DNA of 64,000 bases. It comes from Hormiphora californensis (lineage: Eukaryota > Animalia > Ctenophora). The DNA is taken from contig CM035360.1 of assembly GCA_020137815.1 (NCBI GenBank), positions 4,960,001-5,024,000 on the forward strand, written 5' to 3'. The translations under genes were made by a program, and so were the position numbers. The notes below the pieces were generated by a model that saw only the letters and a list, made by a program, of their open reading frames with translations, made no database searches and had not been told where the DNA came from. This document shows positions 28,436 through 64,000 of the stretch, piece after piece. Numbering within the stretch: position 1 is the stretch's first letter; every line of letters begins with the position of its first letter.

Positions 28436-28748
28436 AATAGCTACTAGGGAATGTGTGAGGGGTCAGAAGAGATTCTTAGAATAATAATAAAGGTTTGGGG
28501 ATCTCAAGCATAAACTTTAGGCTCGAGAGCCTAGCCCACAGACTACGATATTATCAGGCAGCGTGTTTACGGGGGTATTGAAAACAACCATGGATTATAG
28601 TGAAATCGTATTGATTAAAAAACCATAAAAACTGCATTTAGTGTTCACTGTTCATTGTTCAAATAGAGGTCAGCAAGGAGTATACTGTTCGGGGAACCAT
28701 AACTTGAAACACTAGATTACCACTTACACCCATACATGAAAATAAAAA

Positions 28749-31700
28749 CTAGCCAATGATTCGACTGAGTTTATGCCATTCTCCCCCTCGGTATTTCAAT
28801 GGTCGAGCAGAGCTGGCTGCATCACTTGCATCATCCTCTATCCTAACGTCTGTGGAGTGTCTGTGACAATGTAGGGAAATGTAGTGTTTTGTAAGAAACG
28901 AGATATATCCAAAGGTCTGACCACATCTCGGTATCGGACACACAATTTTAAGTTCTGGACCCCGTTCTCCTCCAACAAATGTACATACAAATGTCTTCTT
29001 TTGTTCGGTGTCTAAGAACCGCCTAACTTTCAGTTGTGGTCTCGATCCGTAGTAGGGCATGTGTCGCTGTGAAAACACGTGCGGCATCTCCAGTTGTGGT
29101 ATTGAGCTGTCTGCCTTTCTTCTACGATCAGGACACAGTCCACAAAAGGAGGTGTACATCCCATACTTATCTCGGATCTTGGAGCACGTGTCCAGGGTAT
29201 GGCCCTCAGAGGGCTTATCTGAGAACACCCGTGGACACGTTGTACACGTGTAAAGGAACTGGAAGTGAAGCATCTGGAAGGCGATGACAACTTTGAAAAC
29301 ATCTTCAACGGCAATCTCATGACTGGTATGGAGATGTTGGTAGAGATTAGTTCGGTACACAAACCCCGTTCTGCAAATCGAACAAACCACCCTCCAGTCC
29401 TTGGAGAAGGGACTCCTCACCGGTATACGGGGGTCTACAAAGTGTTTCAGAGAAATGTGACGTGAGAAACTGATTGGTGAATCCCACAGTGCATTGCAGC
29501 ACCAGTATCTCTCATCACGTGCAAGGTGTTCCAGATACATGTGTTCCAGCATCACAGTGAGGCTGGTATACGACTTTCCACAGATTCTACACAACCCATC
29601 TGTACGGTGCTTCTCGGTCACATGTTCCACTAGTTCCGATTTAGTGGATCTTTGTGCCCTGCACAGGGGACAATCCCAGCGATGATTCCCTTTCACCAGG
29701 AACATACTGGATCGGAAGCAAACGTCTTGGTTCGTTGTCTCCGTGGTGGTAGGTGGTTCCTTCCCATCATCACCACCATCCTTGGTGTCTCTCTCAATGT
29801 TCAGCTCAACAGTATCCCAATCTACTGGTGCAGTTTGTCGAGGAGAGGGAGGAGATTCAGAGATGTCCAGAGCAGAGGTAACAGTAAACTCAACAGGGGT
29901 TTCTTTGGGTTTCTTTTTGGGAGGGCCTTTCTCTTTAGGTGTTGGATCTGGATCAGTAGATGGACAGTCATCTTCCAAATCTATAACAGTGATGCTATTT
30001 TTAGAAGCACAATCGGTATCCCAAGCTACTACTGCACTTGTAATAGGAGGATGGTTCGTTTCTTCAGGTGATTCATCTGGATCATTTGACGGACCAGCAT
30101 CTTCCAAATCCCTGTTTTTAGTGATGCTATTTCGAGGATCGCTATAAGGTAATCCAGTTTTTCTAAGTAGATCGGGATTTGCATTACCCAAGTAAAAATC
30201 ATTTCCAAAATGATCTGAACAGATATATCTCCCAAACACGATATGTTTTAGCGATCGTGATGAAGGAAAACTGCGATATATCCACTCTTTCCATTTGTAA
30301 GTAAACTCATGAAAGAATAACCACTTCCGATGAGTGTGCTTGCTAGTGTCTTTTGAACCAAGTCCACAGATTGAGCAAGATATATTTTCGTCATCGGACG
30401 TTAAAGGAATCCACGATGTCTTCTCCAGTCTCTCTTGCATTGCTTTGTTGAAACCCGGGGCGCTGGGAAAGAGGGTCAAGCTAGGCAACTCTTGTGTTAC
30501 CTCCGATGTCGAGGAATCGCCTATTAGTTCAGCATCAGGTATAGCAGAAGATTTCAGTACCATTTTCCCAGCCTGACTCTTGTGGAATGATTCCAGTCTA
30601 AAATGATCTGAGCAAATCGTTTTTAATACATTATGCTTTAAAAGTGAATTTTTCCAACTGTCTTTAACGTGGTAAAAAGCCAGCCACGGTCTACCAAGTT
30701 TGCTTTTGTCCTTGGAAGCAATACCACAAATAGAGCATTCTTCTTGATGTGTATACTTATAGATGTCTTGTTTATCACTGGAACATGCTTTTACCACTAA
30801 CTTACCATTAACTAACGGCACTGAAAATAAATGTTATTTAAACGTGTATAAACAATAAATGATCACAGCGATCTGAGTGTTATTGGGCAGATGTTTGTTA
30901 CATGCTGTTATTTGAAATGTTGCTCTACAGAAACGGTTCACCTTGGCCTTGCTCAGCCGACCTCTTGAAGGAATGCCATCTTACATCATTACCATACCTG
31001 GAAAGAGAGAGGTGGGATACTGGGATGTTAAGGCCAGAGGGGGGTGTGACGGGGGACATTTAAAAGCAAAAAAGATCTGGGAAATCCTAACCAATCTATG
31101 TCCTTCTTTCTCGCCTTCAGGAATGCAGCCTGTTCATCGTCGGTCAGTTTCCTGATTACAGATCGGTCTGGCCTGTCGTTCGGTTCATCGCTCTCAACTG
31201 ATGACATTTAGCAAAGTAAGAAGACACGATAATTAGAAAATTAGAAAATTTCTATTTGATCAAACAGACTTTAGGCAACCATCGGAAATCCAATTAGTGA
31301 TAGCAATTTGTGAAAAATACCTCGTTCCTTAAAACAGTCAACAGGGTAAGCTGTTTTTGTCAACCGAATCTTGCAATTGGGCTCTACTCTGCCCGGTCGT
31401 ACAAATTGGTCATAAGCAAAGTGATCCGAACAGATATGAATCTTGGATCGCTTGATATTCAAGTTAACTCCACACAGTGTGACCCATTCCTGGCCCCTTG
31501 GTGAATTTTGTCCCGCCGGTAAAGTATAATCTCTATTATAATTTGGAGATGAACGTCGAAGTGGTGGTCGTTCGTTAGGCGGTATCTAAGCGACAGACTG
31601 CTCCTTCATAAAACACTTCATATGACGAAAGCTGTAAAGCTGTTATATTCACACTTTCTGAAGTTCCAGTGGAAGATTCTTAATATTCCGAATGACTTTT

Positions 31701-32019
31701 AACAGGCCAGTCCCCATAGTTACCAATTCAGTTGCCATGGCAACCGTGATATTGACGTTGAAAGGGCGAAAAGAACCACCCGGCGAAGCCGGGTAGGTAA
31801 TCAAAAAGCCCTTACTTGAGGCGCACCCAATGGGTGCGCTAGTACCTGAAAATTGTGTTTGAAATTATCGCAGTCTGGAAATAGGAATAAAGGTATTACA
31901 TGTAAAACAGAAACACAGAAACTAAAATTAAGCTCTTACCTGACGAAACCGCGATTTTCGACTTTTGGCTCAGTGTTCTTGGTCGAATTGTTACTACAGC
32001 CAGGAACATCACAAGACAT
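28749..32019 (-). CDS. Multi-THAP-like plus C2H2 zinc-finger protein (5 exons)
   Basis: Exons at approx. 31940-32019, 31321-31532, 31093-31197, 30942-30997 and 28749-30820. THAP 1 is CDVPGC..LP..W..ICSDHF..AYP. Two further CxxC..W..ICSDHF modules follow, then at least five C2H2-like fingers (e.g. CPLC..HVTEKH, CRIC..HMYLEH, CSIC..HLHTSH, CPIPRC..HYISLH). Confidence 0.85.
31530..31842 (+). mobile_element. Non-autonomous Helitron-like element (313 bp)
   Basis: A|TCTCTATTATAA 5' end and CTAG|T 3' end with no TSD. Subterminal hairpins CCCGGC-GAA-GCCGGG and GCGCACCC-AAT-GGGTGCGC. Excision restores a canonical TTTTCAG acceptor and an in-frame exon. Confidence 0.8.
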
Positions 32020-33212
32020 CAACCACTGTTTATGGGAATCATTAATAGTGGCACTTGGCAGTATGTAAGTTTAATATAATCATTTATATATAGTGTAAAA
32101 TAATGGAGCACGCGCCAACAGCATACGCTTGACATACTCGCTCACTTTCAAAAGTGGTACAGATACACAGCACGAGCATAACAAAACACGAACATACAAG
32201 CACGAACGTTCAAAACACGAACATATCAGTTGCTAGAACATCGGGAATTTTTTACCATCCGGTCAAGAAAATCTGAAAGGGAAATCTGGACTGAGCTTGC
32301 TGTACAGTCGGGCGCGATTATAATCTGGGTGCCTTGCAGCCTATTGACAGGTGCCTGGTGCACGCTAGCAAAAATGAAAAAGAGTACACTTTAAGTTTTT
32401 TTAAGACCGACTTTTTTGGCCAGCGTTAAAATCTGGGTGTTTCGTGAGTGCTGCCAAACGGTTTTTTAGGGTTAGGGCTAAAGTAGGGTTAGGGTTGGGG
32501 TTGGGATTAGGCCTTGATATTTCCTACCAGATAAACTTTAAATTAGCCAAAACGGTTGAGTGGTTTGGCGGTTAGAGCCATTTTAGTGAATAAATTTTTT
32601 TGGCAGCGTGCAGGGCGCGATTATAATGTGGGTGCCTTGCAGCCTGTTTACAGGTGCACGCTACCAAACGAGTACACCGAAACCGACTTTTTCAAACGGC
32701 TATAGCCACACAACCACATGGCCAATTTGAGTAAACTAAACGGTATCTGATAAAGAATCGATAGCCCTAACCGATAACCATAAACCAAACTCTGACCAGA
32801 CCCTAACGGATAGCCCTAACCCGTCGTGCGCTAGAACAACGAATTGTTAGCAATGAAAGGCCCCATATTTTAACGTTTTCCCAGCGTGCACCTATAAACA
32901 GGCCACGAAACACCCAGATCGCAGGGGCGGCTCTGCCATGCGGACGATGCGGACGCGTCCGCATTTTTACTTCGGATCGTGGAGAGAAAAAGAAAAATGA
33001 GGAGCCTCGGAAATGTTCAAGTCGTGCAGAAAAGAAAAGAGGTTTATCATCATCATCATCATCAATTAACATTTAATATACCGCTTTATAGCATACATTG
33101 GTAAGATAACACTAATAAAAGAAAAAACTTTACGGATATCTTCCTGCTTTCAAAAGCGGTTTTACTCTACTAGATCATTAGATTAGAGTTCAGAACTAGT
33201 TTGTATGAATGT

Positions 33213-34182
33213 TCAAGCGTCCCTTGGTGCTTCTACCACCCTCTTTCCACGGATTATGTAGTGGGTTCCAGGGGACCGCTTTATTTTCTCCCTCAGCTCA
33301 ACTACCAGCTGCTTCCGTTCTTTCCGTTCTTCCTCAGTTCTATCGGGAGAAATAAAAACTTTTTCGAACTTATCAGTCCCTTTTAACAGGCATTTCTTTG
33401 ACAGGATCGATATTTGAGCTTCTCTGCTCCTCAGCACAACTTTCACAGGTCTTGCAAATGAGGCCTGCTTTCCCAAGCGCTCCACAGATTTCATTTTCGG
33501 AGCCTCTTCAAGCTCAGTAAAAAGAGACTTTAGTTGAGTTTCAAGCTCAGCACTCTCTTCTAGGCCATGGATGATGATGTTACACCCACGGTCCTCCGAA
33601 GCTGCAACGATAGCCGACTGTATCTTCTTTGGAGCCAGGGCAGTGGCACATTCTTTCTCCAGAACAGATGCAAAACTCTTCAGTTCATGCTGTGCCGTTG
33701 TCTGAACAGCGGTGATTTCAGTTTCTCTCTTTTCGAGTAACTGTCTCTGCATTTTTAGCAGCTCCTCCTGTGCAGCTACCAGATCTCTCTGGGTTTTTAT
33801 TAGCTCTTCGCTTCGTGTTTTGAGCTCCTTCTCCAGCTGGTTTATCTTCAAGGTTTCGTAACCCACTGTTAACAACTGTTCTGAAACTGGGAAGGTATGT
33901 TCCATAAGAATACGGCATGCCTCCTCCACAAGGTCTAAAAGCACTGGCTTGTTCAGAGCATTGAGTTTGTTCCTGGAGGGAACTTTCAGATCATTCCATA
34001 CGTCCTCTGCATGTTGTCCGCACTGCACTAGGCGCGGGTCAACTTCACCGAACCCACCGGTTAGGGTTAATATCTCTTACCCACTCCACCGTTTGTTCTT
34101 GACAGTATCGAATATCTTCCTCTTCAACGTCTGTTTCCCGCAGGTAGATCCGTATATCCATTTCATCGTCGGAGCTTGTCAT
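33213..34182 (-). CDS. LINE (CR1/L2-type) ORF1-like protein; probable frameshift near 34060-34080
   Basis: Coiled coil followed by NIIIHGLEE..VERLGK..RPVKVVL..VFISPDRTEEERKERKQLV, the typical ORF1 RRM/CTD pattern. The ATG at 34182 (MTSSDDEMDI..) is in a different frame from the 271-aa ORF. Confidence 0.75.
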
Positions 34183-34310
34183 TTTCTTGCTGCCCTCCTG
34201 GGCTCTTACATAGACATTTGCTGAAACTCAATAAATAGTTTTACGTTGTAGTTGATGAAAGTTTGAATCAAGAAAAAGAGCCAGAGAATATAAAAGGAAC
34301 ACGTGTGCGG

Positions 34311-34921
34311 CAGGGACGGCGCTCGTGGGTGTCCGGGTGTCTGCGGACACCCAGACCAAAATGACGGAGAGAGAAAAGAAGAAAAATAGAAAAAAACAAA
34401 AAGAATTTGAAAAAAATCGGTGAAAACTGCGAAATTTTGGATTTGCGCGCAGCCGGGTGTCCGCAGCTCTGCCGGACACCCAGGTTCACTGCGCGCACCT
34501 GTAACGCACGGCAGAGCATAAAGAGGGTTCTTTCGCGCGCCACAGTGCATTTTGACGTGACCAGGGTGTCCGGTTCACCCAGAAAATTGTGTGAGCGCGC
34601 GGATGATTTTTTTTCTCGTGATCAGGAAACTTTCATCTTTTTTTCCATTTTTCACAAAAGGAGTTCAGAAATGCTTAAAATCGTTTAAAAGCGCCTCAAA
34701 ATGTCCGAAATTTTCGGGGGGCTTCGCCCCCTCAACCCCCACCGGGGCTTGCAGCCCCTGGACCCTGCCTGCGGGGGCTCTGCCCCATACGCCCCCGCCG
34801 GGGCTGCGCCCCTGGACCCTGCTTGAGGGGGGTTTCACCCCCACGCCCCCTGACCGAGGCTGCCGCCCCTGGCCCCGGACACCCAGGGACTTGCTGGGCC
34901 GAGGGCCCAGCGCCGTCCCTG
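34311..34921. mobile_element. hAT-family MITE
   Basis: TIR CAGGGACGGCGCT / AGCGCCGTCCCTG. Exact 8-bp TSD GTGTGCGG at 34303-10 and 34922-29. Confidence 0.92.
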
Positions 34922-36120
34922 GTGTGCGGGTGTACCATCTAGAAAGAGTTTTTTTTTTACAGAAACACAAAGTGTAAGAAAATATAACGGAACACGACTG
35001 TGCGGTTGTACCATTATAGTGTTGTGTTGGCACACGGAGGAGAAAAAGAGTCAACTTTTCTCAAAATTCTTTTTTTTCTTCTCTTTTTTCTCAAAATTTG
35101 ATGTTTTGAATCGGATTTTTTGTGTAATTTGCGCGCCATACATATTTTTAGCCGTCGCAGTATTTATTTATCCGCGCGCTACGTCAAAATAGCCAATGCG
35201 GGCCGTCCGCAATGGGTATTTCGACGGAACGCGCGAATTAAACATTTTTCGGCCGCATATTGACCAGAGCGAGCAGCTGAAATGCGACTTTGGCAGATTT
35301 TAAAACGCTGGCCTTCCTTTAATTACAATTCATCGATTTTCAATTTTGACGGTTGAGACGGGTTAAGGTTGCCCGTTAGGGTCTGGTTAGGGTTTGGTTT
35401 GGGGTTTTCGGTTAGTGCTATCGATTATCTATCAGATGCCGTTTAGTTTACTCAAATTGGCCATGTGGTTGCGTGGCTATAGCCGTTTGAAAAAAGTCGG
35501 TCTAATTGTTTTTAAGTGTAAATTTTTATTTAAACTGAAGTTTAATAAAAATTAGAATTTGGGTGGCGTGCGCTACACGTTAACAAAACAATTCCGTGCA
35601 CGACTTTGGGGGGTGAACAGTTGAAAAAATGGACTTTACTCTTTTTGGTAGCGCACACCTGTAAACACGCTGCAAGGCACCCATATCATAATCGCGCCCC
35701 AATCCCGCCCTCCTGATCAGTAATCAGGATATATGAATGATCCTGATCAGGCCTGATCAAAATCGGGTTAACTGACCTTCTGAACGCACATTCACGTGCA
35801 GTTTACCACACCCCTAGTTTTTAAACATTGGGCGCCTCTAGTTGGACCTGTTTTGTTTCTCTTCCGGGCTTTGATGGCTTAAAATATACAACAAATCAAT
35901 TTTTTTCCGACTGTTAGGAGTCCCACCAGGTCCGATAACATCGCTTATTTTGCAAAGGATATTTATATTAACGAATAAGCGCTTTAGATTGATCGGGAGG
36001 ACACTTTGTATAAGTTGATCTTTATTATTATTTTCATACAATTTCCACTGTCCCTCAATATACCGTGTCTCTGGTCCCTGACATGTCACTATACATTATA
36101 CAACCCATTTCGTATAGGGT

Positions 36121-59798
<23,678 letters not shown>

Positions 59799-62700
59799 AG
59801 AACGTTGCGTGGCTGGAATTTTCCTGTGCGGTTAGAAACCATTCAAGTGAAATATGGACTTATAATGTGGACAATAATTGAGTTATTTTAGCGTGTTATT
59901 GTTATCAAAGTTTTGTTTAGTGATTTCTGTGACGACTGTATGTATGACTTCTGTGAATATGAACTATCTTTTATTTTTAAGTTTTTACGGGCGATCATTA
60001 TATTTTAATTTAGTGTGATATCAAAATATTTTATTCTATTGAATTTTTATCTGGAATTTATTATCTGTAGTTATAGAATCTGATTCTGTGTAAATACTGT
60101 ATGTTGAAATCTTTACAAACTTAAAATAACGGTCTTTAGAACTTTGTCCCCAATTACAGAACTTGTAACAGTCTTCAACAAGATCAATTGTTCGCTCTGT
60201 ACAAAAGAATGGTATCATGGAGCTAAACAATAGAAGTTGTAATATGGGGTACACTGAAGCAGCAACAAATAAAGGAGATCCCCGTGTGGTCCAGTTTCCA
60301 CATTTAACCTCTGTTAACTTAAATTGCCACCTGCACACTTTTCTCGCTACTAAACATGTAACGCGCGGGGGTTTCCAACCAGACCAAAGTGCGCATCACG
60401 CGCGCGTAAACAGACCGTGGGAAAATTTGCAGAATTGTACCGTTGAGCGGGGAGATTGATCTGTGAGAGTTCGGTAGAGCAACGGAGAAGTACTCGTGGT
60501 CGTATCGACACCTGAGGCTACTGCAATTACAATTGCAACGGTCCTCTATCTAAGACGTAATTTTTCACGGTGGTAGGCAGCAACAAGCACATTAGAAATA
60601 AGAAACCTCGGCTCCATGCCCAATCGATCAGAGGGAGGGGACAACGTTACCAAGATCTCTACGTTGCCTGCCAGTGCCATTGCCAACCAATTTGAACAAA
60701 GTTATAGACGGAGTTTTTTTGTAACATCAAATAGTAAAATAATTCATTTTTAACATAATCACTGTCTATTATTCTCTCCTCTCTCTCACAAAACATCTAG
60801 AAAAAAATACACACTGCACAATATTCATACCTCTCTCTCTCATCGTACTATCTATATCATAACTAAGTTTATTTGCCCAAAAACAACAACACAACAACAA
60901 CCTCATCTCTGAGAGAAGGATATATTATAGAAACACTAAGAACCCATTTTTTAGGAAGCTCCTGACCAAGAAGAATCGCGAAAAAGCTTCGCTGTTTCAT
61001 CTGTATCAAGACCTAAAATATTATAATTATGCTACTCACAATTCTACGACTTGTATTCACATTTGAGTCACATATCAATTATATAATGTAGTCACAGTTC
61101 TCGAGTTAATTTTTTTGTCAAATGCGAGTGTGTTCAGGTCTGAGCTAGAAATCTCACGATCAGAGAAACACCGCAGGGGGGAAATTCAAGTGGTTTTGGG
61201 GGGAATTACCAATACAAACCGACACAAAACTAAATCTCTTATTACCTCGAGCTTCTCTTTTTGCACTCATTCTCTCTTAAATCGTGTTCTCTTGGGGTTT
61301 TAGGGTTGGGGAGGAAATTTTAGACACGCAGACGAACAAAAAATCTCTCTCAGATCTCTCTCTTGTATAAAGGTTTAGTTTTAAAAAGCCTAAAAGACAC
61401 ATTCCGTGCATAATAACATATTACACCGAGAGTGAATAACCGAGAGAAGTGTCCCAGCACCATTTTTTAGAAAAGCTTGGCTATCAACTTCTTCGGATAT
61501 TACTCGGTATAATGCGAGGGGGAGGTCGGGAGAGTTAGAAAAGAAAGAACAACACTGCCCCGCAGTGTTTGCCTCAAATCTCAATACATCCCCACTCCCC
61601 ACTTTACTGCACAAAAATAGGGAATAGAAAAACACACATTCACACATCGCGTTCACACAAAAATATTAGCAGGAGGTTGTTAGGAGAAAAACACGTCAGA
61701 AAAAGAGAGGATAGAGCGATATGATGGTGGTACAAAAATAACGACATATCTCATCCAGAGAGATGAATTGTCGATAAATATTAAGAGGTCGCCCGAGAGA
61801 TGGTGCGTGCAGTTGAGATCTATCTCTCATTCTCCACACATCATTAACACATAGTTCTGTAATCCATTATTGTTATCAATGTATAAAACATAAACAGTAA
61901 AAAGGGTATATAGATCGCTGCAGAATTGTACTTCTCAATTGGGGGTTGTTGAGTAAGTTAACCCCTTACTCAACAGGGAGAGGGTGGAAGAGCATCTCAG
62001 AAACACCGGGAAGGGAGTTGCCATACAGAGAGGGGAATCAGGGAATTGGGAAATAAGGAAGGGTTCACACATTCACACAGGATTTCAGGACAATGTACAA
62101 AGTTAAAAGATAGCTAAAATCTCAAAATGATTTAGAAGGAAAGGTATCTATAGCTCCGCAGGCGGGGAAACTTCACTTTTAGCTCAGTATGGCGGGGGAG
62201 AGAAGTGATCGTTCTGCACTTAACTATAGATCATATCAATACGGTGGGTATATGGTTCTAATAATTTAAATGTATATAATTATATATTAATATGTACACG
62301 CTGACCAAAATATTATTGTTGTTAAAACACATTGTACTTTTTTTTTGTGTTGTTAATATTATCATGGCTCTCCTCAAAAAATGTGCAAAATTGTTGTTGG
62401 CTTTGTGCCAAATTAATCTAACCACTATTACCCAATCAGACAATATGATATGGGAAACATGGTCAAAAATATGTGAACAAATTTTATCCTTTAGCAGCCG
62501 TTTTCGCTAACTGTTCGTGCAAATATATAGAGATCCAATACAAAACAACAGAGCCCTGTGAACACACGCACGCACACACACACGCACAGACATGTTGGCT
62601 ACATGACTACTACCATTCTCAAAAAACAACATATTTGAAGCGTTAATAAATATTACAGCACCAGAAAATACCTTGATAATTATACACGTGCACACTCACA

Positions 62701-64000
62701 CATACTAATTGTTGCAAATCTCTACTGTACTACACACACACGCGTTATCCCTCACGCAGAACTCTCTCACGCGTGAGTATAGGTGTGTGTGCGTGTGTAG
62801 TACTGATAATTTCTACCCACATTGTTATATTATTAATATGTACAAATCACATCACCAATTTCACGTTATATAACCCTGCTTAGGTTTACACGTGTCACAC
62901 GTGTAAACACATTATGAATATACCGTGGTATGGGGGTATAATGGGAGGGAGGGGATATGATTTATATATGGCGGGAGGGATGGGAGGGGGAATGAAAATG
63001 AAAAAAAAACAATATTTGCCACACAAATTACACATTTTGAAGGGATTTATATCGCAACACGGTTACACACATTACTTTTTAAAACTGGAAAAACTTCTCT
63101 CGTGATGGGAAGTGGGAGAAAATGGCACAGTTTGGAGTTTAGCACGTGCAAGTTACCGTGTGCTGGGAGATAGGAGAAATAAGTTAACGTAATTAAAAGG
63201 ATTGACACGTGTGTATAATGCACCTCGTAACAGACGGTTACTATGGTTACCACGCGTTACCAAGGATTACACACACGTGCTGGGAGAAAGGGAGAATGGG
63301 GGAAATATGTGTACATTATTATCGTGAATAATTTACATATATTACCCGCAAAGTTATTCGCTCTTTCTCTCACAAATCAGACACGAGGCACGCATTTTCT
63401 TCTATTTACACAATTATTAAAGCGTGCTCGATCTATATTCCAAAGTACAGTATTAGCTTGCAGCAGCAGTGCAGCAGCAGCAGCTTCGACATCAATTCTC
63501 ACTTTACACACTCACACACACTAGTGTGATATATCACTGCTTCTCTCACTCTACAAATCTACAAAAGAACACACAGTACAATACACCACAGCCCTAACAT
63601 GATACTGCACGTGTAGAACACACGTGATGTATCATGGTATACATGAGTCCAAGGTGATCCCTCATTATACTAACATATGAACGTTCACAGATATTCTAGA
63701 ATCGGGAATTAGATCCTCGTCACTACCACTGCACAAGTCACACACTCACAAACACACACAAGAGCGCTTGTTATAGCGCAAAAAATGGGGGGAAACAATC
63801 TTTGGGGGATATCGCGAATAGCCAATAAATTAGGGGAAAACCAAATTGGGTTATTGGGGGAAATAGTGAAAATAGTAGGGAGGGGGTGGTTTCTTACTCC
63901 TTGTCTTGTGGGAGAGAGAAAGTGATAGAGATAAGAGAACAAATTCAAGGTTAGAACCGTCTGAATTTCCCTCTTATCTCCACCTCTCCCTCTACCCACA

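Larger units (their letters stand above)
33045..35038 (-). mobile_element. ORF1-only CR1/L2-like non-LTR retroelement with (GAT)n tail
   Basis: The ORF1-like stop is followed by only ~150 nt of 3' sequence ending GCTATAAAGCGGTATATTAAATGTTAATT(GAT)n. There is no endonuclease/RT ORF. The 5' boundary is approximate. Confidence 0.6.
32613..35698. mobile_element. Long-TIR DNA element hosting nested insertions
   Basis: GGGCGCGATTATAATGTGGGTGCCTTGCAGC..GCTACCAAA is inverted at 35645-35698. A second inverted block is 32686-32820 vs 35373-35500. An extra copy of the left end lies at ~32310. Confidence 0.7.

Noticed and set aside
28749-32019. P-element/THAP9 transposase
   Set aside because: THAP modules are followed by C2H2 fingers, with no catalytic domain and no TIRs.
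32922-35279. Confident hAT call for the middle layer of the TE nest
   Set aside because: The termini are only partly complementary and no 8-bp TSD is visible; kept only as probable.
60036-64000. Possible convergent gene downstream of PYROXD2
   Set aside because: Only short ORFs without motifs or consistent splice phases; the sequence appears error-rich.

Overview
Eukaryotic, intron-containing genomic DNA, very rich in (CT)n/(GA)n microsatellites and non-autonomous transposons. It is most likely an invertebrate; ctenophore (Pleurobrachia-like) is my inference from repeat content and short introns and is not proven. Gene models were built by hand from splice sites and translation. Five closely packed minus-strand genes run THAP/C2H2 zinc-finger protein, ORC4, SLC25A51-like mitochondrial carrier, eIF3h, then a secreted/GPI-like sushi(CCP)-like protein. 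They are separated by only about 0.3-0.5 kb and each has an AG acceptor just before its ATG, which is operon/trans-splicing-like. On the plus strand there is a multi-exon class A GPCR whose intron hides a frameshifted Emi1/FBXO5-like gene (F-box plus RL tail, no zinc-binding region). PYROXD2 is also on the plus strand, with an 18.4-kb intron containing a nested single-exon GPCR. A 313-bp Helitron-like element sits inside THAP exon 2 and appears able to supply an in-frame replacement splice acceptor. An ORF1-only LINE lies within a nest of DNA elements. Several stretches (about 1-900, 4400-6400, 48700-49800, 60700-64000) look like noisy consensus, so single-base frameshifts need read-level confirmation.
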